A stretch of 58,764 nt of DNA, from assembly GCA_032718475.1 (NCBI GenBank), contig JAUCBJ010004805.1, forward strand, positions 1 through 58,764, read 5' to 3'. Position numbers and translations under genes: made by a program. Below the pieces are notes generated by a model that saw only the letters and a list, made by a program, of their open reading frames with translations, had not been told where the DNA came from and did no database searches. Below, in pieces: positions 11,619-25,597 of this stretch (within the stretch, counting starts at the first letter, position 1; every line of letters starts with the position of its first letter). The DNA comes from Nemertoderma westbladi. Taxonomy: Eukaryota > Animalia > Xenacoelomorpha.

Positions 11619-12929
11619 GCCTAAAGAGGTGAGGTCTCTATAGGGGTGCCGCTAACAGGCGGCGGCGGACTCGTGAGGGTCTGGGGGCACGTTAAATCTT
11701 TCTTATAGTGCAAGGGAGTTACTGAAGGCCCTTGTGTCTTGCGAACCATGAATCAACATGGTGCCGTGGTACCGTCTATTCGGCCTGTTGCCGTACTGCC
11801 AGTCCTGTACACAGTAGGGGTGGTGGCTTAGTGTGATCTGTGGTCTATGTGGTTTATGTGGTAGGTCTATGTTTGGTATGTATGAGTTGACCAGACTCTT
11901 TACTGTCTCCAATCGGTTGCCAAAACGTGTCTTTTCCCAGGGTAGCACTATTGGAATGGAGGTGTTGCATCGGAATGGGCAGGTTTCTGATGATTCTGTT
12001 GGTACTACTATTGGAATGGAGGTGGCACCCGGAATATCGGCTGCAAGGAGGGGTTGGTGTCGTAGTGTGGTCCGAGTGAATGATACTCTGGAATCTGTGG
12101 TTTGCGTGTGGACGATCAGTGGCAGTTTGCTTGAGCTTTCTGTGGCTGTGGGTACGTGGTATACGTGAGTGTATGTATGGCCACTGCGAGTGAGTATGGG
12201 AACCCTTGCTGGTTGGTCCAGACGCCGCTGGTATTAGTAGGACCATATCTTTACTGCGCCCCAGCATACTTTGTGCACACAAAGTTATTTTGCCCAGACG
12301 GCAAAATAAGGTACTCTCGACTCTTTTAACAGTCGATACAATTTTGTCCCCTCTGATTTTGTCCCCGATTTTGTCTTTCCCGATTATGTCCTCTGTGTGT
12401 GCATGGTATGTGTCCGATTTTGTGTTTACCGTTGTGTACTTGATTTCGTGAGCATCTGTTGTGTACACGTGTACAGTGACTGGTAAGTGGTTACTTGTTC
12501 CTAGCTTTCGAGCTAGTCAGTATTGTTTGCGGAACCGACTTCCCCTCAATACTGCCGGCGAGGCGGGTGAAAATGTGTCAATATTCCAATGTGGGTAGCG
12601 CAAGCCCACTTGGGACAAGACCGTCGGTTTGGCTCAAGGGTGACCTTGATGCTCGATCGCTATCGACTGGTCCACCCGCCGGTTGACTCTCTGAGTTGGC
12701 TCAATGTACAGTCAGGCCACAGTAAGTTGACAGTAGCCAACCATCTGGCTACACCGACGAGCTGTGCCGGTGTGATTGGGGGATTGAAAATTGAACCCGG
12801 GAAGCATCGGGCTACCCTCCAGCCCGGTCTGATAAAAACGGAGTCAGACTGGCCCCAAGGGTGGTGGGACAGCGTCCGCCTCGTGGGTGCGCCTCGGGGA
12901 GGAGCCCAGAATGACGCAAGCGAGAGGCA

Positions 12930-15119
12930 GTGGCAGAAGCAGAACGGAGAGCGGCTGAAGAAACCACCCAATTAGAATTGGAAAACATTCAGGAGAATCA
13001 AGACTGCATAAATAAACAGTTAACAGCTAGTAATATGCAGATGATGAATCGATCTACTCCCAAAAGACAGGGATATACATCATCTGAGAAAGGCGATACC
13101 ACCGATACTGAAGGCAAAGGAAATAGGTCTCGTCTAAGCAGACGTAGGAGAACATCCCACCATCAGAAATTGCCTGATTTGCCTCCAGCTGTTAGAAGGC
13201 AACTAAATAACACAAACTTAGGTAGTACAGAACCCACAGACCAAATAATTAAAATAGAAAGACTCCCTACTATAGTAGATGAGCCTGAAATAATTAGGCC
13301 TGTTCCCGAAGCCACCCTTTCGGTGGTAGAGACACCTGTACTCCCTGAACCTACCTCTAAATTCCCTCTGCACAGCACTAAGCTACCTGTGCCCAGCAGA
13401 ACAGCCCATGAGACAATCCATGTCCTGGACTCCGAGCGAAATATTAATGATTTGTCGCCCGTTGTCCCTCGTCCGCCCGCTACAACGTTGGCGGCTCCCG
13501 CTTCGGCGGTCGAGTGGGTGGATGAGAGACGACGGGGGATGGATCTCCTGCTCGGGCAGATGCAGGAGACCGTTCAGCAATTCAAGGGCACAGTAAGGGA
13601 AATTAGGTTAGAGTTGCAAGAAGTGCAGCAAAGTATCACGTTAGAACGCGATAAATTAGTAAATACACAAAAGGGTATACCACCAACCCCGGTAACAATG
13701 TGTCAACCTGTTAGGTCTGAAGTATTTCATGCGCAAGGTGTGGAGCCTACACGCATATATACTGCTAGCGAAGTAGAAACTCCTATAGTGAACCCTATTA
13801 AGGGTAATTATAGACCTGTTGATAATGATATTCCCTATAGACCTGATCATAATCCGAGAAATTTATATACCGATAACTCGATATTAAATAACACGATGGC
13901 CCAAGAAAGTTTTACGCGTCAAATGGCTAGAACCGAAGCCCGGCAAGCGGTAAAGGTGGGAGAGATCGTCAAGTTCAATGGAGATGAGATGAAATGGTTA
14001 CCTTTTAATGAATATTACAAAGATAACATACAGAACTCTGTGCTATCTAATGGAGAGAAACTTAGATTCCTCATCGAGTGCTTGGAAGGATCTCCCAAGT
14101 TAATGGCGTTAAAGTTTATTGGACATCCAGACGGATTAAGACAAGTTTGGGATACACTAAACATCAGGTATGGTAATAGGAATAACATAGCTAAATATTT
14201 GTATGCAAAATTAGTAGCGCCCCGAAAGTTCATTAGCAGCGGGATAATAGAGTTTTCCGATGAGATTCAAGAGATCTGTAGACAATTAGATTGGTTAGGT
14301 AAGTCTCATGAATAGAGTTCTATGGTCATTGGAGCCGTGGCTTCTACTTTACCGAAGGGTGGAGTAGGTACACGCTGGGATAAGAAAGTGTTATATATGA
14401 TGGAACAACAACGACGAGACCCTACCATGGCTGATCTCATGTCATTCTTAGATGGAGAAGTGAAATTACAGCTCCTAAAACAGTCCAGAGAGAAGACACC
14501 GGAAAACAAGGTAAGTGAGAAACCCGTTTCTAGGAGAAAGGTAACACCAGTGTGTTATATAGACGACGGCGAAAGCCAGACTTCTCAAGGAGAAGATAGC
14601 GGGAAAGACACTGAAAGATCTTATTATGTCAATAAAATGCCTAAAGAACAGGTAAGTAAATTCAAGTCTCGAACCAATGACAGGAGAGAACAGGTAAGAA
14701 AAACTCCTCCTACGTCTCCTAAGAGAATTCAGGTGAGAAAGCCCGAAGAAAGAACGAGTGTGCACAATGTTATTCAAAATAAGGTAAGTAACATCAAACC
14801 GAAATGTGCGCTATGTGACGGGACCCACCGTTTGAATATGTGTGATGAATTCCTGAAGAAATCCTTAGCGGAGAGATGGGAAGTCATGTGGGATAAGTGG
14901 TTGTGTTATAATTGCCTCAGACAAGGACATCAACGGCGAACCTGTTACTCCGACACAAGGTGTGCAAAGTGCGGTGCGAAACATCATATTATCTTGTTGC
15001 ACACTGAATTTGAGCGAAACAGCCAGAGTCAGGTAAGTGATTCCGAACTACATGTCCAATTCAGTGATGTGAACGACACTGAACAAAGTTCTGAGATGGA
15101 AGGATTCTATACAGATTAA
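12930..15119 (+). pseudogene. BEL/Pao gag (capsid-like region and triple Cys-His knuckle) with an in-frame stop
   Basis: KFNGDEMKWLPF...EKLRFLIECLEG...LNIRYGN; CALCDGTHRLNMC / CYNCLRQGHQRRTC / CAKCGAKHHIILLH; TAG at 14313. Confidence 0.9.
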
Positions 15120-15146
15120 TTCTCCGACGAAGGTGAATCCTGCTAC

Positions 15147-18100
15147 ATGATAAATACCGCAGTGTATCGAGCACTTACGTATGAAAAAGACACAGACAGC
15201 GACCTCACCCTAACTACTTCTGATCGACAACCATCTTGGAAAGCGCCACCTTCCAATGTAGGAATCCGAGAATTTCCTGTAGTACAGGTAAGGGTCCACG
15301 GACCTAAAAGGAGTTATGTAGTGTACGCCCTCCTTGACTCCGGTAGTAGTACAGGAACATTCATCGACAAAGAACTAGCCGAAGGCATCTTTGCTGGACA
15401 ACCCAAGTTCCGAACTAAGCTAAACATGTCAGGAATTATGCAGGTTTGGAAATCTACAGTAATAGCGGATTATTATGTAGGTGCGTTGTCCACCCCCCAG
15501 GATGAACTAGGAGAACATAGTATAAGGTCAGTAAAAATGGTGGCGATAAAGAACTTCGCTACCACCCAAGTGGAACCTTATAACTGGGATGAGGACGATT
15601 TCACCCAGCAGCTGGAAATACCTAGATTCAACACCGATTACCCTGGAGTGCAAATACTCATCGGTCAAAATGCGCATGAAGCGCTCGAGACATTGGAGAA
15701 ACAGCCCGCTCAACCGCAACCACTACAAGCTTATGCGGGAAGAACTAGAGTGGGTTGGTACTTTACTGGCCCTTCCCGTAGAACTCTCATGGAAAGATTA
15801 CCGAAAGACCAGGTATGTCAAGTGAGAGAATGGGAAGTCGAGGGCAGTGAGTTAGATGATCTAACTGAGGGAACACCATACTCCTCAGATAATGACGATG
15901 TCCACCAACTTTTCGATGAGGAGAATACCATCGATCTCCTTAAGGAAAATGAGACTTGGCAAAACCAAGTGAACTTATGTCAGCTCCTTCTTCCATCAGA
16001 ACGAGACGACTATAACGACGAACTTAATGACGTCATTGAACGTTATAATGCCAAGACTCGGGATGAACACGCCGTACGATTCTTTACTCAAGAGGCTGTA
16101 GAGCCCAATTCCTACGATAAGGCCCTATCGGTAGAGGAAGAAAGAGCCAAGCAGATCCAAGAGACAACTACACGTTTTCTTAAAGATCAAGGTAGATATG
16201 AGATCGGTCTACCTTTCCGAAAACGAGAACCAAAGTTCGTAAACAACAGACCCTTGGCGGAGAAAAGAATTGCTCAACTACATCGACGCCTTACGGCAAA
16301 TTCTTCAGCTAAAGAAATGTATCAAACGCAGTTGAAGACATTTATTAGCAAGGGATATGCGGAGCTAGTACCGGAAGAAACACCTATAACTGAGAGAACG
16401 TATTATTTAACTCACCATTATGTTCCCAAACCCGGTAAACCCCATGAAGTACGAGTGGTGTTTGACGGCTCCGCACTCTATATGGGCCAATCCCTTAATT
16501 CTGAATTGTTACCCGGACCCAACTTACTCCAATCCTTGTTGGGAATACTCTTAAGATTAAGACAATATTCAATTGCTTTCGCCTCAGATATAGAAGGCAT
16601 GTTCTTACAAGTCAAGGCGCTGGATAGTGATCGAGATAGCCTACGATTTCTGTGGTGGCCTGAAGGAGACCTCAACCAGAAACCGGTGGAGTACTGGATG
16701 ACCATCCAGGTTTTTGGGATAATCTCAAGCCCTTCAAACGCCTGTTCCGTGGTGCGCACCACTGCGGATGATAACCGAGACGCCTTCTCTAAAGAGGTGA
16801 TTGACAACATCAAGCGAGATATATACATGGACGACAATCTAAAGTCCCTTCCATCAGTCGAAGAAGCCATCGATGTCGCTAAAGGAACGGTAGAGTGCTT
16901 AAAAAGAGGTGGATTTCGATTAACTAAATTCACCAGCAACTCCCGTGAGTTTCTGGAGTCGATCCCGGTAGAAGATCGAGGAGCGAAAGACCTGGATCTA
17001 ATAAAAGATGATCTCCCAGAAACTAAGACCCTTGGTTTGAAATGGGACACCGAAAGAGATATCCTGTTTTTCCAACTAAAACAGCGAGATAATCCAGTTC
17101 GGACTAAACGGATTTGTTTAAGTATCCTGAGCACTTATTTCGATCCATTGGGATTTATTAGCCCAGTTATATTGATTGCTCGGAGTTTAGTACAACAAAT
17201 GTGGCTTGAAAACCACTCATGGGACGATCCACTTAAGGGAGAATTATTAAAGAAGTGGATGAAATGGGAAGATTCTCTACCAGCCATCGAGAACTTTATA
17301 ATTTCCCGTTCATATTTTGGTCATGTTCTCCCTACGTATTCCTATCAACTCCATGTGTTTGGAGACGCCAGCGATATGGGAATAGGTATAGTAGCCTACC
17401 TAAGGGTGGAAACTCCGGACGGAATCAAAGTCGCCTTGGTTACCTCTAAGGCATTAATAAACAATAAGTTGAAAGTTCCTCGAGCGGAGTTAAAAGCGGC
17501 TCTATACGCTACAGCCATTGGCCGGAATGTAACAGAACAGATCGACTATCCACTGGAGAAAACTGTCTATTGGACCGACGCTTTGCTCATGTTGGAGTAT
17601 ATAACCAATGAAGTCTGTCAGTTCAGCGTCTTCGTTACCAACAGAGTAGCCATTATACTCAGTCGCACAACGATGGATCAATGGAGACATTGCCCCGGAA
17701 CGATTAATCCAGCAGACATCGCCTCCAGGGGAGCAACTCCACAAGAACTGGTAGACACTCCAGACTGGTTAGGTGGACCCGACTTCCTCTACAAAGAAGA
17801 AGAAGAATGGCCTCCTCATCTTACTACAGCAGAGATTAGACAGGCCAAGGGAGCGGAGAAAGTCAAACCTAAAACTCGGGCGAGTAAATCGAAGTTATTC
17901 AAACCCATGGTAGATCTGTCTGTACTACATATTTCCGGAGACGACGCTTTGGATCAGAAACCCACAGCCACAAATAAACTTGTTGTGGAAATCCGTGAGA
18001 AGGATTGGAAATCTGGAATACCAGATGTCTCGCAAGGACTCTCACCTCTTCTGCAGAGAGCGATACATCACTACAGTTCCTGGAATCGGCTCTGTAAGGC

Positions 18101-19709
18101 CGTTACATATTTAAAGAGATGTTTTCACCATCACTACTCCGGGATGAAGGCCAAAGGTGATACCGCTCCAATAACATCAGTGCAGGTCCATGTTATTAAA
18201 GATCTTCCCAAATATAAGATACCCGACAGGTTTCTGAAGGAGAAGACCAGTTATCAGGAGCATGAAGAAACCAACAAGCAGATGCTGAGACTCCTGCAAT
18301 GCTATGAGGATTCCGATAAGTATTTCCTGTTGTTGAGAAATCCACAGATGCGCTTAAGGGATCGTTTCTCTAGCACAATGATAGATGGGTTGATACGTGT
18401 TGGAGGAAGATTAACGAATGCTCCATTATCCTTTGACACTAAGTTTCCCATACTCATTAGAAATCTTGAAATACAAGTCAAGATGATTGTAGACGTTCAC
18501 AGCAAACTTTATCATGCTGGTAGGGAACGAGTTCTTAGCGAAATTCAAACTCGCTATTATTTTTATAAACCCCGTAGAGCTCTGAACCAAGTTCTTAGGA
18601 ACTGCATACCCTGTAGGACAGCATTCAGTAGGCCTTTAACACAGCGAGAGGCAGAATTACCTAGGGAACGAGTAAGCTTCTATGAACCACCCTTTACTAA
18701 TACCGGTGTGGATTTATTTGGCCCTATTGAAGTATATCGTGCTAGGACTATAGTCAAGAGATGGTGTGTCATCTTTGTTTGTATGACTTGTAGAGCTATC
18801 CATCTCGATATGGTGAACGATTTATCTACCAACAGCTTTCTATTAAGCTTACGACGACAGATCGCTCGCTTTGGCACTAGTAACACGATGAGATCTGATA
18901 AGGGAACAAACTTCATTGGTGCCAACAATGAAATCAAAGCTTACGTCAAAGATTGGAACCAAAGACAGGTGGACGATCAGCTACGAGTAACAGCGTCTAG
19001 CTGGACCTTCAACGCCGCCGACGCCCCTTGGTAGGGAGTAAGTTGGGAGAGATTAATAAGAAGTGTGAAGACAGCATTTCACTTTATAGTGCCTTGCCGC
19101 ACGTATCTCACCGACGAACCTTTGCGGACGTTAATGGAGGAAATCGCCGCCTATCTCAATGAGAGACCGCTTATGCCAGTCTCATCGAGTCCCGATTCCC
19201 TGGAAGCGCTAACACCCGCGCATTTCCTACTGAAGAAACCTGTAGCCATGCTCCCACAATCGGAAATCATAGACGGAGACGAATACTGCCGGCAAACTTG
19301 GCAACTCATGCAGTTGTTATCCCGTCGTTTCGCTGACCATTTCGAAAAACATTATCTGCCCACGCTACAACTTCGAACTAAGTGGTTTGCGCAGCAAGAA
19401 AACGTCAGCGCTGGAGACATGGTTCTTATTGTGGATGTAGATCTTCCACGTAAGCGGTGGCAGACAGGTCGTATCATCGAGACTCACATCTCGGATGATG
19501 GTTTGGTGCGATCGGTAGAACTCGTCGTCATGCGACGTAACTTCAAGAAACCGGGAATTGTCTTCGAGACACAGCAGCTCAATCGCCCAGTTGGTCGCTT
19601 ATGTTTACTGGAAAGAGACAGAGAACTCTCCGGAAACTATGGGAGGCAAGATACTCTTCCTACAACCACCTCCCTAATCCAACAAACATCTAGGGACTCC
19701 CCAACTTAA
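15147..19709 (+). pseudogene. BEL/Pao pol: protease, RT, RNase H, integrase and C-terminal domain
   Basis: ALLDSGS; RVVFDGS; SDIEGMFLQV; YMDD; HVFGDAS; PRAEL; NPADIASRG; GVDLFGP; SDKGTNF; LNERPL; in-frame TAG at 19032. Confidence 0.95.
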
Positions 19710-20257
19710 CAACGGCTGGAGTGGGTGTATGACTGTATTTTATATTTGTTTCATTCTTTTATATTTATGTATATATTATTATGTAATTTTATTATAATTG
19801 TTTTCTTTAATTTTATTTAGTAGAACGTTATTTTAGCGATTATTTAGTAGATTAGTGCAATATATATTCGCGTTTATTACTTAATTACTTATACATTATA
19901 TATTTAGTGCGACGGCGAGAAATAATTATTTTTCTCTTTCCTTACTGTCAGTATTACATTACAAATACGTAACTACAGTAAGATGAAATGTCTGTACTTA
20001 TTAAAGTACAATAAAGCCACTACTATATTAAGTATTATTGGTAGGCAGAGTATTAGGAATGCAAAATTCAGATCCTCGTGTCTCGGCTAAACCAAGCTCT
20101 GGGTAGACCTTGGAAACGACTTGCCTCTTCTCACTGACATTGCTTCGTGCGATATTGCTCTCATACCGTATATTAAATAATACATATAGTAGCGTGATGT
20201 CCTTTTAACAGTAGCGTATAACGCAAAATAAATCTGTTAAACCCTTTGACCATCTGT

Positions 20258-20523
20258 AATTCTAGTCGATTAAGATATCGCGGCACCCACCGATATACTT
20301 GAAAGACAAATTCTAGAATCAGTGGTTAACGTCCCCAGACAAGTTCTGGAATAAACTGGTGCCCATCCTAAATATTAATTATTAATATTTATAAAATCTG
20401 TCGAAATTTTAGATCCTTTAAAATTCTAGTCGATTAAGATATCGTAGCACTTACCGATACTCTTAAAAGGTCAAAATTCCTAGAATCAAGGATCCCAGTC
20501 CCCAGACACGTTCTGGAATAAAA
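20258..20523. repeat. Imperfect ~100-bp direct repeat pair in the BEL internal 3' region
   Basis: aattctagtcgattaagatatcg...gtccccagac..gttctggaataaa occurs twice. Confidence 0.75.
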
Positions 20524-21346
20524 TTGTGTCTGTTTAACATTAAATAATAAAATTTATGGGAATAAATTTAAATTCATATATTTTAATGAATTTAATAAAT
20601 TGTCATTTTTATACAATTTATAACATTCCCAAAATTCCATTAATTAATAGATCATGGGAGCGGAGATTCACTCTATTAAGTGTATTAGTGTGCGAGAATC
20701 TCCAATATATAGTCAATAGCCGATAAAATTCATAAAATCATGTATAAAGGGGATATTGACCATTAAAGAATTACTATTAAATAGCATCCCAGATCTGTAT
20801 GCATGAGAATTACCCTAATTCTACCGCTAGCTTTCCATAATGTCACCATAGCAATAACCACGCTAGAATTAGAAGCGAGTTAACAGAACAATAAAAAGCT
20901 TGCTCATTGAATAGCATACGGAATAAATAGCACACCGCTAGTATCCAAGGATACATAATAACTACGTAACATTCTGGAAGGCACTTGACTAACGGACAAA
21001 TGACCCGAATGTTTGATAGAATGTGTACCATTTGTGACAGTTACGTGGAATTTGTGCGTTTGTAGGTGAATGTTACTACTAAGGTGTGTTTACAGTAGCG
21101 AGTCGCAATTGTGAAAGTAGCCCTAACTCTCCAGTAAGAACCTGAAGTATATCTAAGCCTTTGGGACGGATGGTGGAGTGACTCGTGCTGGTTGTTGTAG
21201 TCGTTGTGCAGCTACGACGTTGGCGATAGGCACATCGGCGAAAGTACACCAGCGCTGAGGATCTCGCACTGTCCGGGGGCAGAGAGGGGTAGGCAGCGAC
21301 GCCCGCTCGCCTAAATATAAACTCATTATAATATGGATAAACTTAT

Positions 21347-22930
21347 ATGGCAGATATGATTGAGTTGATAGAAGATGATCTTGGTATCAGGGAGCGAGAT
21401 ACTCTACCTTTACAAGCGTTTGTTGATAGCTTGATACGCGGCGACGCTGGTCCAACTACTACGGAGGACGATGGTCGTTATATCTAACCGCCAATGTCCC
21501 GGGAGCAACTTGCGCGTGGGTTGGACTGTAGAAAATTCACCGCTCGCTATACGCATCGTAATGGTATGTATATGGACTTCTTAACTACTGGTTATCCTAT
21601 CGACCTACACGATACAAACGATATAGACACCAAAAGGGAAATGGTTTTATTTAAATATCATACCCAGTGGAAGCGGAACGATAAACTGAGACTCGAACAC
21701 GAAAATTCTATTCGAAACCGACTCGAAAGTGCAGATGTTGAAGAGCCGGATAAACGCAGCGACTTCACCAAATACCTGGAATTCTTGAGAGAAACCTATC
21801 TCGATATTACCAGTCAACAGAATCTAGAAACTCGATATCCTCAAGGTATGCATCATGACCGCATGGTAGAACTCAAACGGCTCTATTCTACTATGATGTA
21901 TCTTACCGCCGATCGACCGCTACCTGTTGTACCGGATAGCTTCGAACGGATGGAGGAATATTGTAAGCTGGAGAAAGATCACTCGCGTTTCCCCTACAAG
22001 ACGTGCGTCTTTGGTATTATTGCGATGAATGCCCTAGACCCAACCAACAAACGGAAAGACCTAAACATCCGCGGAGACGTTGCACTAAACACGGTTTTAC
22101 TCGCTATACTGGCGGGAGTTTTGAGCGAAATTTGTTTGACGTATCACCTACGCTCGTTCGACTCAGACGATCCTTAAATAAACCAATGATCAGAGTTTCG
22201 GAATACTCGATCAGACCTCCTCATTCCCTAGTGAGACCTCAGACTCTTGATCCTATTAGTATGACGGATCCTCTCGAGCTGTACTCACTGTTCACAGATC
22301 TAGTGTTACCTGAACAATTAGTCGGTGGCACCCCGGTTGTGGGCTTCCTAGATATTAGCCCATCATACCTAGCCGGATTGGGACGCGGACATTTAATATC
22401 GCCGTTTAACCCTTACCATCGTCCCGGCTTAACACGATATAACCTGTCACCAAAGTGGCGGAGAGCGTTGTACCAAATGAGTTAGACGCTATTCTACAAA
22501 GATCAGAAAAGGAACTTACGCTTGTTCAGATAAACGTAAATTGCACTAGCAAGTCCAAGCGGTAAACAAAGTAACTTTATCTCAGTTCGACCGGGAAATC
22601 CAGAATCTCTAAGAAGTTATCGAACTTGGACGACCCTATTCTCTGCGAGAGTTTTTGGATGAACGTATCCAGCTACGAGCGGAGGAAAATCAGCTCGAGG
22701 AGAAGCATATCGAAACGGCGGATACCCCGACCATAATCCTACACCTTCTGATGCAATCATATTGCACCCTTCACCCAGGATTTATAGCCCTCCTAATAAA
22801 GTGGCTCCCCCCAAAGAGAAAAGGACTCTTGCTAGCCTCAAAAAACTGCGTAAACGCCGTCCGCGTAAGAAAGACTAACTGTTTAGAGTATTTTTATATT
22901 TTAGAAACTGTGATTTGTTATATTTTATAG
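21347..22930 (+). pseudogene. Decayed extra ORF of unknown function between BEL pol and the 3' LTR
   Basis: ATG 21347 is in frame with ORF 21494-22177 across one TAA; coding-like sequence continues in shifted frames (to 22485 and 22655-22930). Confidence 0.6.
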
Positions 22931-22956
22931 ACTTAAATCCCATTTTCTGGGAGCGG

Positions 22957-24121
22957 TGTAAAGGCTTTTGCGGAATTAGCCGGTTATTTTCCCTTAAAGT
23001 ACTCTGTAGTTGGTTTAACAGGCATAAAAGGCCGTGTCCTTACTGTACTGGTGTTTTAGAGGACATAAAAGCCATTTCTTCTGTATGTGTACTTTAGCGG
23101 ACATAATTCGCAATTCTATGACGCAATACGCCAAATCCTCTGTAAACAGTGTAGCTACCATGACGACGGCTAACAGCTGATGCTGTACACGTGTAGCTTT
23201 TCTTTGTTCTCTGTTCCTTCTTTGTTCGGTCGACCATTCAGAGCGTTTTTGCCTCTGTGTTAGAGATTGTATATAGAAACTCGTGGAGTTGAGTCAGTAT
23301 GTGATTTTGTCCACAGCCTACAACACCGGCGTGGAACCTCCGTGTTTCAGTCTTTAGCTCAACATTAGTAGGCTTAATTATAGAACGTATATCCGTTATC
23401 TTACTCAATAATCACTCTTAACTTAACTCACTCACTTAACTAACCAAATCGATCATATCAATGCTTTTACTGTCGGTTATTCATTATATTTGTTGATGGA
23501 ATATTATATTTGGAATACTGATCAATAATCAGACACCCCAATCTTCTTGATATACTAAAGGTTAGAGAGACCGGTTACATATAACAATTGCGACTTACAT
23601 TAAGTGGTTTGAAGTGAATTTAATGCTATTTTATAGGCCCTACACGTATTGTCTGTCGTTCTCCTTATATGTGACTAAAATTAGTGAAGGTCGGCAGATT
23701 GGTGTGCAGCATTGTGCAGTATTGTGTGTGATTGTGATTGATAACGAAGCATCTCCTAAAGAATGCGCCATATACGTGAATCTATAGCCATCCCGTTGTG
23801 TCTAGTTTAAGTCATAACTCTGTTTATATACTTAAAGCGCCACGTCCTAAAGGAACTGTTAATATTTCCCGAAAGTGAATAATATTTGTCAGAGATTATA
23901 TATATTACGATCAGTCGAATAATACAGTAGGCTTACACCGCAATACAATTAGGCTTCCGAATCCAGTCTCCCGGGTATATCCAGCGGGTGAATGATCGCG
24001 CATAGACTGGCTTCGGCTAATGTAGTGTATCAAATACTTGTCATAGGCTAAAGACTATATATCATCTAACAGACATCCCAATTTGGCAGGTTAAACTGCT
24101 AAAGGTCTGAAAGCGCGAACA
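22957..24121 (+). repeat. Complete 3' LTR (1165 bp)
   Basis: tgtaaagg...gcgcgaaca; matches the 5' LTR remnant and the 1-675 relative. Confidence 0.92.
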
Positions 24122-24310
24122 CTACATGTGTACCAAGTTTGGATAAATTTCATTAACATTTGGCTGAGTTATTAACCAACTTAATTAACTAATTAACTGC
24201 TATTATCTTAGCTTCTCGAAGGCCACACGGAAATTAAACTTGGAAAATTTCTAAACTTTTACCAGACTAGATGTGTACCATGAGAACCATGTACCATGTA
24301 CCGTGTACAT

Positions 24311-25590
24311 GAGACTGCTCCGTGGAAATCAGAATGGGTTCCGTAAAGGTCGTGGGACCATGGAGCCCATTTTGGCACTTAGAAGGATAATTGAAGAGTT
24401 ATCAAAAAAGAAAGACAGGCATCTGGCTGTTATCTTTGTTGACTTCTTCAAGGCCTTTGATTCAGTCTCTCACTCACGTATGTTCAGCATACTTTCATTA
24501 TATGGGATTCCTGATGAAATTATTGCAGCAATCAGATCAGTATACGATGGTTCGACAACATTTGTGTCTACTGTTGAAGGTGACACAGAACCATTCAAAG
24601 TGTTATGGGGCGTCCTCCAGGGAGACACTTGCACCATTCTTGTTCATAATTGTTGTTGACTATGTTCTACGCATGTCCTTAGATTATCATAATGATGATG
24701 GGGTGATGATAACTCCACCTACTGGCTCCAGAAGTCGAGGAAATCCTGCCAAGTACCTAACTGATCTAGACTTTGCTGATGACTTAGGAGTACTCTCGGA
24801 ATCACTAGAGGGAGCCCAACGGCTCCTCAGCTCATTAGAACATGCTGCTTCTAGTGTTGGTCTTTTTATTAACCAAAAAGACCAAAATTTTGACAGTTAA
24901 CTTTGAAAGTCCTCAGCAAGTCTCTGATCGGATGAGCATAAGCTCAAAAGATGGTATGCTTGAGCATGTGGACGACTTCTGTTACCTGGGATCATGGATC
25001 CGGAAGTCAGGTGAGGACCTTCGAATACATAAGGGAAAGTCATGGGCAGCCTTGAATAGGCTTTCCAGGATTTGGAAGTCACCGAGAATTATTCGGAAAC
25101 TTAAGGTCTGATTATTTAGAGCAGCAGTAGTTCCAGTACTCCTCTATGGGAGTCCATGCTGGGCTCTAACTGCTGAGGACACCAAATCTCTTGATGGCAC
25201 ATTCACAAGAATGCTACGCCGGGTTCATTGTGTCAAGTACAATGCAGACATCTCCAACCAGACACTATATAACATTGGAGGTGTCTCTTTGGTTCCCCCA
25301 AGCTTGACACTAGAACAAAATCGCCTCCGCTTTGCAGGACATTGCTTTCGCCGTGAGGACCAGCCAGTGCATAATCTTGTACTTTGGCAGCCTCATGGAG
25401 TGAATAAGCATGGTGGACAGCCCATGACTTTCTTGAGACGCATCTTAAAGGACACTGGCCTTGAAGATTCGGATGATCTAGCAAATGTCATGGGTGATAG
25501 GGAGTTGTGGCGGTGCAATTTTGTTGATAAGCCGGCACAGCATTCATAAAAATGCAGCTGCAATGCAGCATGCCGATCCTAGTAGTAGTA
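24311..25590 (+). mobile_element. 5'-truncated, frameshifted RTE-clade LINE
   Basis: NQNGFRKGRGT, FVDFFKAFDS, GVLQGDT/LAPFLFIIVVD, DLDFADD, YLGS; (TAG)n tail; 3' part nearly identical to 10372-11126. Confidence 0.93.
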
Positions 25591-25597
25591 TCTCCCA

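Larger units (their letters stand above)
10174..24121 (+). mobile_element. BEL/Pao LTR retrotransposon, defective
   Basis: TG...CA ends; 5-bp TSD ctaca (10169-10173, 24122-24126); purine-rich tract before the 3' LTR; gag-PR-RT-RH-IN order with Pao-type motifs. Confidence 0.95.

Noticed and set aside
11629-12930. Spliceosomal intron in gag
   Set aside because: A GTGAGG donor exists, but in-frame acceptors lack a pyrimidine tract; an insertion explains the junctions exactly
14313-19034. Reassigned TAA/TAG stop codons
   Set aside because: Host genes in the window end at TAA (ATP6V0C) and TAG (844-aa GPCR), so the standard code applies
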